A stretch of 63,975 nucleotides of DNA, counting the filler, from Basidioascus undulatus (Eukaryota), in NCBI GenBank assembly GCA_000826855.1. It is 6 parts of 6 records of this genome, joined end to end, with 100 filler letters (N's around TTAATTAATTAA, not from the genome) between each part and the next. Parts side by side here need not be neighbours in the genome. Positions count along the whole stretch, not along the records: positions 1 to 10,836 come from JTLS01001080.1; positions 10,937 to 21,768 come from JTLS01001081.1; 4 more parts are not named here. One strand, given 5' to 3'. A program made the translations under genes and the position numbers. The notes beneath the pieces were generated by a model. That model was not told the DNA's origin. It saw only the letters and a program-made list of their open reading frames with translations, and did no database searches. Of the stretch, positions 1-13,233 are shown piece by piece (the stretch's first letter is position 1; every line of letters starts with the position of its first letter).

Positions 1-146
1 CTGCGACGGCGACGGAGGACGCTCCGGCGGCTGCCCCCACCGCCGCGCCCGCCTCGACCGAGTCGGAAGCGAGCGCGACCATCGACGGCCACAAGCCGGG
101 CGCGCTCGTTCAGGAAGCCGCCATCGCGCACTCCGCTTCGCCTTAG
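1..146 (+). CDS. 3' end of an unidentified gene (Ala/Thr/Pro-rich C-terminus), truncated by the window start
   Basis: Open frame from position 3 (ATATEDAPAAAPT...AIAHSASP) to TAG at 144-146 with GC3-rich codons, followed by pyrimidine/AT-richer UTR-like sequence. Confidence 0.5.
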   Translation, partial: ATATEDAPAAAPTAAPASTESEASATIDGHKPGALVQEAAIAHSASP

Positions 147-933
147 ATGTTCTTCCCCTCCCGCATGTGGTCATGACCTCGTCTGCGACTGAACGACGTT
201 GGACTCTCTTTCACCGGTTTTGCCTGTTGCTCTTGCAATATTTTCTATCTCTTGTCCTCTGCTTCTTACATTCTTATTACGCCGCCTTGGGCTCAACGTA
301 TACCAGCCTGTCTTCTTCATTTGCGCTGATGTTTTACGCTACACTTCTCGCACCGACACTCTTTCCTCGGCTTGTTAGCGACGCGCTACTGCTCACGACT
401 CATGAATGCGTTTGACGAGAAGGCAGTTAAGAAACCTTGTGCCGTTCTGCATCTACTTTATGTAAGAGTATGAGGTGGACGTCGAGCCATGCTGTCTTGG
501 AGCAATTGCAAAGTGTCGCGCTGCGCGCGCAGGTGGTTCCATAACAGCTCTGCGACTTTACAGCGGACTATCTGCCACATGAGGCCAAAGTCTGAGGTAG
601 AAGGCGAGAGCATGCTCTACGCTCCCTTTGTTATCCTCGTACCAGTGCCACTCGTGCACCAAACTGCGATGCACGAAGCCCAGCTGTGCCGCATTGTCCG
701 GGAACTGAAAAAGGGCTGCCATTCGATGCAGAAATTCGAAGTAACCGTATACGGGGGGCAGATGATATGGGTGGACAGGTCATATTCGTATGGTGCCACT
801 GCCGTCTGTTCGCTTTTCTACCAGATTCGTCCTAGATACAAAAGCGCAGGTAGCTGGCGGAATTCCTTCGCCCTTCTCGCTTTCTTCTTCCCTCCCACCA
901 CCCTCGTATTCGCTCACCTTCAGCAATCTCGCC

Positions 934-2384
934 ATGACTGACAGCGACTCAGGCTAGGACGAGCTGCCCACCTTCATCCTCGCACTCGATGCAGCGCACC
1001 TGGCGGCCCAGGCGCTCTCTGTGCGCACCGAACTCGCTCGCACCTCCTCGAATGTCGATCTCAAGCCAATTTACTTGCATCGCTTCGCGGCAGCCGTTCG
1101 TCGGTTCCTTCAATGCTGTGTTCGAGGTCGAGTTTTCGGACGGAGTCTGCTGGGCCTTGCGCGTGCCCCTCTCTCCCCGCCGACGCCTGCCAGCGTGCAC
1201 TGTATGCGCCTCGACGTTTGCGCGATGCGCTTTATCCAATCCCGCGTACCAAATGTACCGATACCCGCCATCCACGCTTGCTCCTGCACGGCCGACAATG
1301 ACCTTGGAATGCCCTTCGTCTTGATCGACTGGGCTCGCGGCACCAAGCTTGCTGAGCTCTGGTACGATCTCACTTGGCGTGACGAGGCCCGTACCCGCGC
1401 CATTCTGTCGTCCGCAGCGAACATCAGGGCGGACCTCAGCGAACTCACATTTCCCCTTATCGACTCACTCCTCCTCGATGACGCCAATAGTAGCGATACA
1501 ACGTCGGCTATGAACGAGTACTCCATCGGGCCTATCTTCGACGGCGAGCCAGACGAGGACGCGGATGCCGGGTCCACCTTCCCCGACGATTACGGTCATT
1601 CTCCAGCGGACACGCCTTTACCTTTTCGTCATTGACAGCCTCGCAAAGGCCGCTACTAGTCCCGTGCATCTTGCTCGAAACTGCGCATCTTTACTGCCGC
1701 TCTTCGCTCGCTTGAGCTCGACGGCCCTCCGTTTTCGTGCTGAGCCCGCCCGACTTCGAAGTCCAGAACGTTTTTATCGATCCCGACAGCGCAGAGATCA
1801 CCGTCATCATCCATTGGGATGGCGTCTTCATTAGGCCACGCCAGGGCGGGTGCGCTCGCTACCCGTCGTGGATCACGCGCGATTGGGATCCAACCATGTA
1901 TACGCATGGAGTGCGCCGACGGGTGATGACGCGGGAGGACAAGGTCAGCTTCGACCGTGACTCTGAACGGGATCAAAACTCAAGCGGCGCTGATATGTCT
2001 GGTTTCCTTCACCCCGCTGAGTAGTTCTGCGCACTTCCTCGCCCGGCAGCTCCGGCCGCCGTAGGGAGCACGCCGAAGAGTCAGTCCACCGAGACGCTCG
2101 CAGCTCACCGCGCACTCTACCACACCCTCATGACAGAGCTCAACCCAGCGCTGTGCAGTGTCACGCTGAACTCGCACATCGCAGAGGCCATTCAAATCGC
2201 TATTTTCAGCAAGTACTCGCGCATGTCGATCGTGACCTTGCTGAGCCAGTACGTCTACGGTCCGATGTGGACCCGGAGGTTAGTGGATCGCGACTTGCAT
2301 GGGGCTATGCAGGGCGGGGAATGGTTGAAGTCCGGCTGGTTGGTCGGAGGGGAAGAGGACGTTTCCGAGGAGGAGGACGACTAG
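934..2384 (+). pseudogene. Aminoglycoside-phosphotransferase (APH)-like fungal kinase-fold pseudogene
   Basis: ATG 934 followed by in-frame TAG at 955-957. Family motifs are spread over different frames with no introns to reconcile them: GSFNAVFEVEFSDGVCWALRVP, VPIPAIHACSCTADNDLGMPFVLIDWARG, FVLSPPDFEVQNVFID...ITVIIHWDG, ARYPSWITRDWDP. The Brenner-type HxD reads PPD. Confidence 0.8.
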
Positions 2385-3271
2385 GCGTGAGTTTGCGAGA
2401 TGGGCGGGAGCGAGGAGAAAGATCATAACTGTGGCCGGGTATTGCGCTGTGGCCCCTTCCATCAATGAAGCGTTGCAAGGCCATATCGCTGTGCCCGTCT
2501 ATAGGGTCTTAGTGGAGACCGCCGAGCGCTATGTGGAGGACACATCGAGAAACCCCAGACTGCTGTAAAGCCCTGCATCTGGCCAGCGGCTTACGGACTT
2601 TACACACAAAGCCTGCCGATCCTGCTACACGAGCCGCACGCTTCCACGCACCCAGACTCTGCAGCGGCCGCTTTCGAAGCGGCTGACCGAGTCATCGAGT
2701 TCTTGTCCCATCTCGCCTCGCCCCGTTTCCACCTGGGCCGCCTACACATTTCGATTGCGTGAGTTACGTTCCCTCTCTACGTGACGTGGCATCGCCTTCA
2801 ATCTGAAAGGGCTGGACTCACTAGGTACACTTGGCATCGAACTGTGAAATGCACGCTTTCTCGGCTTCGCGACGCGGTCGCCGGCCAGCAGTGGCCCGAG
2901 TCGGACAGCTTGCGGTCGGGACTTCTCTTGCTCGTTCTTGTGTTGCAACGCTTTGGCGAGACATGGCCGTTGCGATCCACCAGGCTATGGCGATCGAGAA
3001 GGGGGTTGCGGATGTATGGCCGAGTGTTTCTTAGAGCATCCGTCCGCACACCATTTAACTTGCGCTGCGACGTCTGCAGAAACACTGGAGGACTGCGAGG
3101 CAAACGGTCATTCCGAGTCACACTGCGGCTATCGGTCGGCTGCAGCGACGAGCGCTGCCCGCAAGATCATGGAAAGGAGTGCGACTCCGGAATGCATATG
3201 CACAAAGCGCCCAGGATCACTCGCGCGAAACCAAGAGAAACGACAGAAACCAACCGGGTCATGGGAGTGCC

Positions 3272-6200
3272 TCAAGCAAATGCCGACGCGTCGGGATCTA
3301 TTGGAGCCGAACCGGGCGAAGCGAACTCGGCGCTGCGCTCTATAGCGTGGACCGCCTCGCCGACATTTCTGAGAAACAGGGCGGCGCTCCAAATCAGACC
3401 AACTTGTCACAGCGTGCGAAAAGAACGACAAAAGACGCACTCATGGAACGCTCCCTCGCCCAAAAGATCTACGATCCCCGCCGTCTCAAACTTGCGCCTG
3501 CTCTTCCCGACCAAGTGCGCGAAGCACACTGGCACGCCGCGCTCGAGGTATGCGACGGCGATCTCGTGAAGGATCTGTAGCGCAGATGCGTCGACGTTCT
3601 CCACTGACACCTCGGACGGAGGTCAGGAGTTGTTCATCGCCTCGGCAAACGGCAGCAGGAGAACGGAGCAGACTTACCATCGCCCATATGAAAAACGATC
3701 GCGCTTGCGTCGTCTCGCATGCGCGGGCTGGACGGGTGGTGCCGGCCGGGCCCGAAGAGCTCAAGCCGACGCAGACGCTCCTTGATCTGCCCGGTGTTGG
3801 CTGCGGTGGGAAGAAGGGTGAGTCGAGCGTGAGCGGGACGATGAAGGACAAGTTTGAAGTGATAGCGCGTACCGAAATGCAGCGGCTCGCGAATGCGGAC
3901 GACAAGGATGCCCGAGACGTTGTGCTCGAGCTCGTCCGAATCCGGAGTGTCCTCGATAGGCTTCCACTGCTCGGTTCCAGGTACGCGTCCCTGTTTGCAG
4001 TGAAGAGGGCGCCCATCGTGTCAGATCTTGCAGGAGTTGGTTCGGTAGCTGATGAAAAAGGGGACACACGAGAATGCGAATGCGTGTCCGCGCGGACTTC
4101 TTGACGACGAGAAGCAGGGAGAGGGCGACAGAGATCGCGATGCCCGCCTATCGCGAAGTTCTCAAGTCAGTGTGTCTTAGTAACACAGCTCGAGCAGCCT
4201 CGAACTCACCTGAACCGACCACAGCGTCGTGAGCAAGAACGTCAAGCTCATGAGCCCTAAGTCCGTCCACGCGCGCATGCTGTTCCGGCCCGACCCCAAC
4301 TCCCCGTCAGCCCACCGCAAGAGGACGGAGGGGGTAAGCAGGACGCACTGAATGTAGTAGTGCAGGTCTTCTGGGAACTCGGCGAGGATCCCGCCGATGA
4401 CGAGGCAGATGATGCTCGCAAGGATGGCGCGCGGGAGGTAGTAGAAGTATGGGAGGAGGGTGAACGCGCTGAGGATGACGAGCGCGGAAGTGACGAGGGA
4501 GGAGACTCTGTGAATGAAATTAAAGGAAGGTTAGGTCAGGGTTGACATTCGGAAGAAGAGCAGGCGATGAGGTCCAGACGCACTGCGTGCGAGCCCCGAA
4601 GGCCGCGTTCAGACGGGACCGCGTGATCGCGCCGAAGGCTGGCAGCGTGCCGGGGCAAAACGAAGCACTGGAGACGAAGCAAAACAGCAGATTCAGCTTC
4701 AGTACCATACCGGCGGCGCGTGTATGCAAAGGCCAGACAGCAGGTTCCCCGCGCCTGAAGAAGAGGGATGGTAATGAGTCGCATGGAGTTTTGAGAGCAG
4801 TAACATTTCAAAACGCACCCAAAGCGACGAGCTCGCGGTTGGGCGAGATGGTGTAGCCGAATTGAGAAGCGTTTTGCTTCGCTGCGACGATCGAGTCGAT
4901 GTAGCCGATGCTGCCAGTCCAGACGGGGCGCGTCAGCTTGGACTGCAAGTGATGCGAAGACTTGGTCGGACGCACATGGAGCACACTGCGTCCGTGAATA
5001 AAACACATCCACGTCAATTTTAAAACGGGCTCTAGGGAAGAGTCGAGGCGCCAACGTGAACGTACCGATCGCGACGGGGAACGTGTCCTTGAAGTGCTTG
5101 ACGAACGTCGAGTTAAAGGGGATGTCAAGGCCGACGTGGGCTGTGTACCCAGTGCAAGAAGAAGAAAAGCGAAAGGATCAGTCTCCAGTCGTTTGCCATT
5201 TTGGGCAGATCAGGGCAAGCGCACCAAGGTCGATAGCGCCCAGCACATCCACGCCGATCTCGTCCCATCTCAGCACAGCGCTCAACACTGCACAACGACC
5301 CATCGCACCCCAATCAGCTCGAGCCGCTCGCGGGCCTCTCTCCTCGACCCGTCCGACGCACCAGTGGTGAGCACGACGCAGACGAGCACCTCGGGGACGA
5401 AGATGAGCCACTTGAGCTGCGGGACCTTGACGAGCTGGCGCTTTGCCGCGCGGATGAGGACGAGCGCGGCGAGCGCGGAGAAGGCGATGATCGCTGTTGC
5501 GCGGTGCGCTGAGGAGAGGTGCTCGACCAGGAAGGCGGCTTTTTGGAGCGTCGTCTCGGCTAGTGGTAGGGAGATGGGCTGGAGGGTAGGCAAGGCGCAT
5601 GATGGAAGAGGGGATGGAGAGACGCACGATCGAGTTGGTGCTCGAGGTGGGTTAGCCCGAGCATCGGGATCAGCTGTTCGAGCTGAGGGGTGGGATGGGC
5701 CATACTTCAAGTAAGCTTCCTACTGCGTGGACGGCGTGAAGCAGGGCGTACAGTGATAATGCAGCCAACGCCAGTTACGAATCCTCGTAGCAGGGCGCCT
5801 GTCAACCCCATCCTCTTCCGTCAGCTACACCGCTCGCAGTGCATGCCACCAGCACGGAGAAGGCGAAGAGGGAGCGGGAGAAGTGGCCGCGCCCACGTAC
5901 GGGAGAGGATGGCATCGATGAACCCGAGCCTGAAGAAGCCAAGCAGGAACGTGATCCCGCCGATCTGGAGCGTGATGAGCGTGCTGAGCGCTACGGCTTT
6001 GGACATGGGCCGCTCATCTACGTCGCCCGCGATGTCGGTGATGGTCTGTTGGCGTACAAGACGGGGTGAGCGGCAAGACAGAGAGGAGAAAGGTGAGGGG
6101 TGGCAGAAGGAAGGCTAGGAGGTTGGAAAGGAGACCGTACAGAGCCAATGAGAAGTGAGAGGGCTGCTTCGGGACCGACGGAGAGCTGGCTGTTGCGTTG

Positions 6201-7111
6201 GCGGCATGGAAGAGGTCAGATGAGAGTGAATAGGGAGGCTCGAGAAGGTGTATGGAGGACGTGCCGACACTGTGGAATGAGCCTAGTCAGCTACTGGGTC
6301 AATACTGCCAAGTCGGAAGACGTCTCTCCAAAGGGCAGAGGGGATGCGGGAAGGCAGTTGCATAGAGCGAGGGCTGCAATACGAGGACTCCGGGGGGCAA
6401 TCCTGGCATGGCAAACCTCGCCGCATACAACACATTCACGCAACCCATCTACCCTCTGGCCTACAGGGTGATCAGAAAGCGACGCACGGTTCCAAACAGC
6501 GCATAGCCGATGGCGGGGATTGCGGCGCTAAAGAGACCATGTACGGGGTTGATCTTTGCGAGGTTGCTGGCATACGAGATGCTCTGGGGTACGACCAAGC
6601 ATGCGACCTGTCCTTTCCAGCCCTCAGCTTGAGCAGCCAGCCCTACCCCAGCCGTAAGGGAAGCGAGCAGACGCACCGTCAGGCCTGCTATGCAGTCGCC
6701 GAGCAGGAGGCGCGCGGAGTAGGCGGGCGCCCAATCGAGGATGGGGACATAGTAATGTGCGCGCTGAGCGAGCGTGTCGAGCCGCCCGCGTGTAGGCGGC
6801 GCTGTGGAAGGAGGGCGAGGTGCAGGGGTAGAGGGTTTGGAGGGAAGGGGGAAGCCGGAGATGGAGGAAGCGGCCGAGCGGGGCGTACGGGCTGCCCTCG
6901 CGTTCATCGTCAGTGAACCCATAACGACATCGTAGATCCAAGCAGAAGACGCACTTCCAAGCCTCTTCGCAGCAGCCCCGCCACCTCCCAGCGGCACGCT
7001 CGGGTCGTACCTCGGGTTCGCGGGTCCCTCGGTGGTCGGGAGGAGCGGTGTGTGCTCCTGGGGCTCTTTGGGGGTCGAGTATCCCGAGGGCGTGGGGGGT
7101 GTCTCCGCCAT
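3272..7111 (-). CDS. SulP/SLC26 family sulfate/anion transporter with C-terminal STAS domain (multi-exon)
   Basis: ATG 7111. Motifs YYVPILDW...LLLGDCIAGLTV, VPQSISYA, GFFRLGFIDAILSR, ISPNRELVALG, LPAFGAITRSRLN, and STAS-like VENVDASALQILHEIAVAYLERGVPVCFAHL. Last exon ends ...DASAFA with TGA at 3272-3274. Confidence 0.92.
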
Positions 7112-7723
7112 GGTCAGAATATCGCCACCGGTGGGATGATGGTGGTGATGAAGGTCAGAGGAGCGAACTGTTGAAACTCATGAGAGGACACTGGGCAGCG
7201 AGCTTGATTGACTTGCAACGCTGCGGGCCGTCCGCACCACGCACGTGCTAGTGAAACACACGCGCGTACCGCCCATTTTCGCGTCAAATTGACAGACAAA
7301 TTGCGCAACGCGACTTGGACAGCGACAACGACCATCCCAACAGCGAGCTCGCTTTCTTTCTCAACCGCTCCATCGAACAGCGCTATAATTAAATAACTCT
7401 TCAGGTCATCTATTTCGACACCGTCCTTTTAAGGTCCCCTCGATCAGACTAGCAAACACCTCTGTTCGAATGCAGCTCAGAGTCCGACTCATATCCCGCT
7501 GCGGCCCTGAATGGGAACTGAACTGACCGATTCTGGCGACCAACCTCAGACTCAGACTGACCTTGCAGACTGACCTCGCTGCACGCCTCCTCATCGTCTT
7601 GCGAGCTGACACCAGCCATCCGCTTCAATCGTTTAAGAGGCCGCTATATGTGGCGGTTCGAACGCCTCTTCCCCTCCTCTTTGCCTGTCTTTATCTCTTT
7701 CCGTTCTAGAGTCGTTCGCAGCT

Positions 7724-9056
7724 ATGTCGAGCTGCGCTATTGAACATCTCGTGCGTATCATTCTCCACTTGATGCCCATATGCGGTCTCGTTGACCGTCG
7801 GTCCAACACAGACTGCTCCCCATCTCCCTCCCCATCTCCCCCTTCTTTCCTCTCCTCCTCGTACTCCCAACCACCCGCACTTCCACCCTCTCAGCGCACC
7901 TCCTCCGTTCCGCCAACACTCATCCGACGCGCGGACGTTCGAGCGGACCGATCGCTTCCCTCCGGCCTCGCCTACGTCTCCCAGGCTATCCGTCCCGCCG
8001 CGCAACAGGCGGTGCTCGCTCTCGCTCGTACTCCCTCCCATCCGACTCAACGCCACTTCATCCCTTCGCCCGATCCAAGACGCGGACGCGAGGGCCCGCC
8101 CAACGCTCCCCCGCATCATCATCCCCACCTCGCTCCCGCCCCTCCGTGAAGCGCTCTCCTCCCCCTTCGCCTCTTCCCCACCCGCACCCGCCTACTTCCC
8201 CCCGCCGCCTCCGTGCTCCCCAAAGAAGCGCCCCCAATCGCCCATCGAGCTCTCCTCGTCCTCCCCTCCGCGCACCCAGGCGTGCCTCGACCCCCGGCCC
8301 TTCCTGCGGCCCATCAACGCCCTGCCGTGGCGCCCGGCGGCACCACGTCCTCAAGCGGCCCTCCCCGCTCGGCCGCGCCCACCCATCGAGCCTTCCGTGA
8401 ACCCAGAGACGCTCATTGCCCGCGCTGAGGCAGAGGCAGATCAGGCGCTCCGCGCCGCGCAGATCCTCCTCCTTCCTACTTCCGAGACGGGAAGGGCCAG
8501 GGGCGGCAGGGTTGGCCGAGGCGGCAGACCGCCGGCTGCGTTAGTGCGCCAGGCGCCGCCGCCGCTCCCTCCCGTCGCATACTATCCTCCGGACTCCTCC
8601 CCGTATCTTCCGCCGCTGCTCGTCGCTGCCCCGCAGACGGAGTACCTCGCTCCTCCCTCGCCCGCCCCAACTACCACCACCACCACCGGCGAAGATGCCG
8701 CACCCGGACGATCACCCGCACCCGCACCCGCCAAACGCCCCCGCACCCGTGCGCGTCCGCGCACCACAACCACCGCCACTCCCGCGCCCATCTCCGTATC
8801 CTCGACCAGCTCCGCCCCGTCCTCCCCCCAGTCCAAGACCCGCGTCCCGCACGCCGGTGTCGACCTCGACGGTGTCTGGGCGCCGCCGCCGTTCTACCCG
8901 CGCGCGGTCGGCCCGGGCGACGTGCCTGCGAGGGGGAAGGGGAGGAAGGTCGGGAGCGCCGCGTCGGCTGCGTCGGGGTCCGCGGGGGTGTTGGTAGGGT
9001 TGGGGGAGGCGGCGAGGGTGCAGCAGAGGCCGAGCGGGGTGGTGAGGAGGCGGTGA
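7724..9056 (+). CDS. Proline-rich, probably disordered hypothetical protein (2 exons)
   Basis: Exon 1 7724-7750 (MSSCAIEHL), GT-AG intron 7751-7811, exon 2 in frame with the 421-aa ORF ending at 9056. Basic NLS-like patches (PKKRP, AKRPRTRARPR). No recognisable domain. Confidence 0.6.
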
Positions 9057-10836
9057 GGTGTGTGGGTGTGGAGGGGAGCGGCTTTGCGGATGCACTGGGG
9101 GAGAGATGCGAGCTGGTATCTTGGGCTTGGGGGCTTGGGCGGATCGATGGAGCTTCGAGGGTGGAGACGCAGGAGGAGAGTGGTTTCAGCTCGAGGTGCA
9201 CTGCTGCTTATGGAGCTGTTATTTCTGTATTGTGTGCGTAGCTTATGGACCGATGTAAAGTGTTCTCCCCAACTGTACTTGTTTAACGTATCATTAATCG
9301 AGACTATAGAAGACATGTCGCCCCGTCACTGTGCATCCCGAAGCAACGGTGGCTGTCGCACTGAGTGTTTCACACCTCGCTGCGTCGCGACGACTATCAT
9401 CTCTTCCACCTCAGTCCACCCTAAGCACCTACACACGCGCGGTCCTCACGCTATTTTTCATCAAGCTCACGTTCCTCGACACACTCCTTTCACGGCTGCT
9501 CCCCCGGTCCCGGGGGGGACTTGACCACTCATGAAGCGGGCGAGGGCGCCGTGCTCCATGATGTGCAGAAACTTGTCGGCCAAGACGGGGAGGTCAGGGT
9601 CGTTCGGGTGGGATGCCGAGACCTAGTAGGCATGTGTAAAGGTAAGGTGAGGGATGTTGGAGGGAAGAGGGGAGAACCCGTGGTGGTGGAGATGGTGGTC
9701 GGTGGGCAGGGCGCGAAAGGGGGGCAGGAGGACATAGATGAAACGGTACGCTGTAGGCTCGCCCGAACTGAAAGCTCCTTGGTTTGTGAAGCAGGGAATT
9801 TTCAGATTCTAATTACTTTGTCTAATATCAATCCTCCTTGGTGTGCTGATGTGGACATTGTGAGTCGATAAGTCGCAGGTCAAGCATACCAAGCATACTT
9901 TGTGCAACACGCCCGCATGGACGCCATTGTGGCACTGTTGCGTGGTCCAACCTCTAAGGTTTGACTCCTTCCCTTTTTTGACGTATTATCCGACTTATCA
10001 CTATGGAGACTCGGCTCGATATGTAACACTGTGGAGGCTCGCCTCTACATGTAAGAGTGGTGGTCTACAGCCAAGCTTTCACACAGTAGCCATGGGAAGC
10101 GAGGAGCGATCTTTAGAACTTTGGGAAGGTGAATCCTTGATTGAATTTATTGCTTGGTTGTAATGGATTGCTACCAAACTATGTCAAGGCATCGATTACG
10201 GTGTTGTGGGCGGCCTTCTCGTCTGTGGTCGACACCACCGCCGCATCTGGCCCGGAACAAGAGCTCACCATCGACGCTGTCGGAAAGCAAAAGAGCCTCA
10301 CTGCTTAGGTTTTTGTTCCTGATATCTGCATACACCGGCTTCTATGGTACTTCCTCCCTTCGTATGTTTAACCTGCTCCCTACACGTCTGCGTCTGCATG
10401 TCTGCACACTGCCGGCTAGCGCAAGTTGCCCATTCCAAGTTCCTTTTCGGAATTAATTCTGTGAGCCACGAATATATTACGATATCAAGCTATATTATCA
10501 ACTACGCATGTGCTGTCCAGTGCAAAGGCTCAATTCAAAGTTGGATGGGCTGGACGGACGGCTCAATGTCAGCCAGCGCCCATCGTCCTTCAATACTTTG
10601 ACAAATTCTTACAGAGCAACCCATGTTGATGAGACCATTCTGTTTTACCAAATGCCTTGTCAGAAAGTAAGCACACTAGACACAGAGAGGCTGGCAACTG
10701 ACCTGGGTGACGTTCTCGCAGCAGACGGGCGCCTGGTTGCACTGGCTCGACAGCGCACCACCGATGACTGGAACCTGTTTCTCCGCAAACATCTGTGACC
10801 TGAACTCCTTCAGGAGATGCAAGGACCCTGACGCAC

Positions 10837-10936
10837 NNNNNNNNNNNNNNNNNNNNNNNNNNNNNNNNNNNNNNNNNNNNTTAATTAATTAANNNNNNNN
10901 NNNNNNNNNNNNNNNNNNNNNNNNNNNNNNNNNNNN
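10837..10936. other. Artificial contig linker N44-TTAATTAATTAA-N44
   Basis: Identical 100-nt spacer with stop codons in all six frames; occurs five times in the window. Confidence 0.99.
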
Positions 10937-11310
10937 CCCTCCCCCCCCTCGGCCCCGCCCACCCCGCGCCCGTACCCCGCACCATCGCCGACCTAAGGCG
11001 CAAGCTCGAGGCGGTGCGTCTCGAGCGCGAGCGCGATAGCGCCCCCCGCCCCTCTACCATCACTCCTGCTCCCGGCGCTCGTTCTGCGCTCCCACGCCCG
11101 AGCGGCAGCGCGATCCTCAAGCCGCTCAGCACGCTCCCCCTCCGGCTCGCGGCTCCGGAGGGGCTTGCCCAGCCCGGGCCGGAGATGCGGATGAGGAGGA
11201 AGGGGTCGAGGCCGCTTATGCTGGAGGATTTGGGGCCTGCGGGGGCGCGGCGGAAGGCCCCGCCTTCGGTGGGAAGGACGGCGAAGGGGAAGGAGAATGA
11301 AGGACGATGA
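10937..11310 (+). CDS. 3' end of an unidentified gene truncated by the contig start; C-terminal KEN-like motif
   Basis: Frame open from the contig edge: ...RTIADLRRKLEAVRLERE...GKENEGR, stop at 11308-11310, then UTR-like sequence. Confidence 0.55.
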
Positions 11311-11661
11311 GGAGGGGGAGGGAGGTGTGCTGCTGTGGGTGCTTTTCGTGAATTGTTGAACTGTTGCTTTGTGGCACCTTCGAGTTCAGCTATCGCTTTG
11401 TTGTGCATTGATTTACCTCGAACTTTCGAATATTCTACCGCTTTCTGTATGTCGCTCGGACGCATATTGATTTGTTCCTCGCTCTAGGACTCCATTACTT
11501 GCTGCATCTCTTTACATCTCGACTGCAGTACTTGACCCGTGCAATCAGGCTGCAAGCTGCAACGCGAAACGCGAAACGCAATGAATGCGGCGATAGCGGC
11601 ACCCGTTAGAACATGTGATGCCGGTAAACCTGGGCAAATATCAGAGTCAATATGAGCACTC

Positions 11662-13233
11662 CTAAGTGGACGTCCGCGCAAGAACGGCACCCACCTCCTT
11701 GGCGAGCTTCCATCGTCCGCGCAGGCTCTCGCCCTCCTCCACTAACCGGAGCGCCTCGCCGACCAGCGGACAGCGGTCGCCCTTCTCGAACGAGGCATCG
11801 TCCTGTCCTTCTCGAGGGCTGGCGGCGAGCAAGAGAGCATTCTTCGGGATGAGCGGGTCTGGCCAGTGCAGGAGGTAGAGCTCCAGCCCGTGGACGGTAA
11901 CCGGCTGGAGTAGGTGCTCCGCCATCTTGCGCCTGTCGTAATTTGGCATACCGCTGAGCAAGCGGGTGTTAAGCGTCAGGCTCGTCTCGAGGAAGGGGAA
12001 ATGCAGAACGCACTGGTAGGTGACCCCGTAATAGGCGCTCCAGGACGCGCGCACCTCGCCGCCCAGTCGGTCCACCAGGTCACGGACGTACGCGCACAGG
12101 CGTGGACGGTGCAGAATGGCCGCGATCGACACTGAGCGCCCGTCGAGCGGCAGACCGTATGGCGTCTCTGGCGTAGGATAGTCGAGCGCACCGAGTTTCG
12201 GGTCAGGAAGAGGGTCAGGCGCAGACGGCGCGGTGAGGATGGAGATGAGCCAGCTGAGCGTGCCGACCCACTTGCCCTGTGCGACGGCCTGGGTTGGACG
12301 AACAATTTCTTTAGCCAAGATGCCGTAGCATCGATGATATTGGGGAACGAATGAACCTTCAAGCAGAGCAGACTGCCCCGCCTGTCCAGCACGACGATGT
12401 CCGGCCTCGCAACCGACCACGTCTTGTCTTTGTTGTAGCTATCGACGACGTCGAGTCGTCCTCCGCTCTGCTCGACCATGTTTCGCAGGGCGTCGCAGAC
12501 CATGAGCGGGAGGAAGACCTCCGTCCCCACGCAGACCCGCCGTCCCACCAGCGCACAGGGCCGTGGCGGGCGCGGAACGCGTGTTGAAGCGCCTAAATTG
12601 ACGCCGACGGGACTTTGAAACATAGAGATGCGAACGGCGTGGCGAGAGGCCGAGCTTCCGTTCAGACTTTCGGAAGCTGCGTTGAGACCTTTCATCGTCG
12701 CCGGCACGCCGCCTCGATCATCGTAGAGGAAGGGAGCGATGGGGACGCGGCGTCCGGCTTGAATACAGGCCTGGATCCTGGTGGAACTGGAAGCCATCAG
12801 TAAAAGCTTTCAAAGGCGACGGAATGGAAGCGCGGCTCTGTGTGACGCGTGTACGCACCAGAAGGGCGAGATGCATTTCGTCTCGTCGGTGTGCAAGCTA
12901 TGATCGCCCGAGAGGGCATCATCAAAAGGATCCTGAAGTACAAGGGTCTTGTGAGTGAGAAAGCCTTTATGGATCAAGATAGAATCCATACGTACCCAGT
13001 CCGTCGCTGCAATACCCACCGCGTGCGTGACATCATTTGTCAAACTCTCCGAAACGATGCCCCCGTGCCCCTCGATCATCCAGGAAAGAGCCATGCATAT
13101 TTTACCCTCCCGATATCCTCGATAGTTGCGGAAGCGGCCGATGGCCAACCAGAAGACAAGGCCCTCGAAGAGCTGATTCGGTCGGGCGGGCGGTGGTCTG
13201 GAGACCGGCGGGCGCCTTTCAGCGGTAAGGCAT
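11662..13233 (-). CDS. Multi-BRCT protein, divergent Rtt107/Brc1-like (about three BRCT repeats); start codon unresolved, may be decaying
   Basis: Spliced translation gives LFEGLVFW...LSWMIEGHGGIVSESLTNDVTHAV...ISPFWIQACIQAGRRVP; then ALRNMVEQSGG...DIVVLDR...AVAQGKWVGTLSWLISIL...LDYPTP; then YVRDLVDRLGGEV. These follow the BRCT pattern (F-x-G strand, GG turn, TH, conserved W). Confidence 0.7.

Noticed and set aside
2781..3569. 262-aa plus-strand ORF
   Set aside because: Non-ATG start, antisense to the SulP 3' exons, Arg-rich shadow composition, no motif.
7635..7672. GGTTCGAA-containing hairpin resembling a tRNA T-arm
   Set aside because: No D-arm, anticodon arm or A-box; too short for a cloverleaf.
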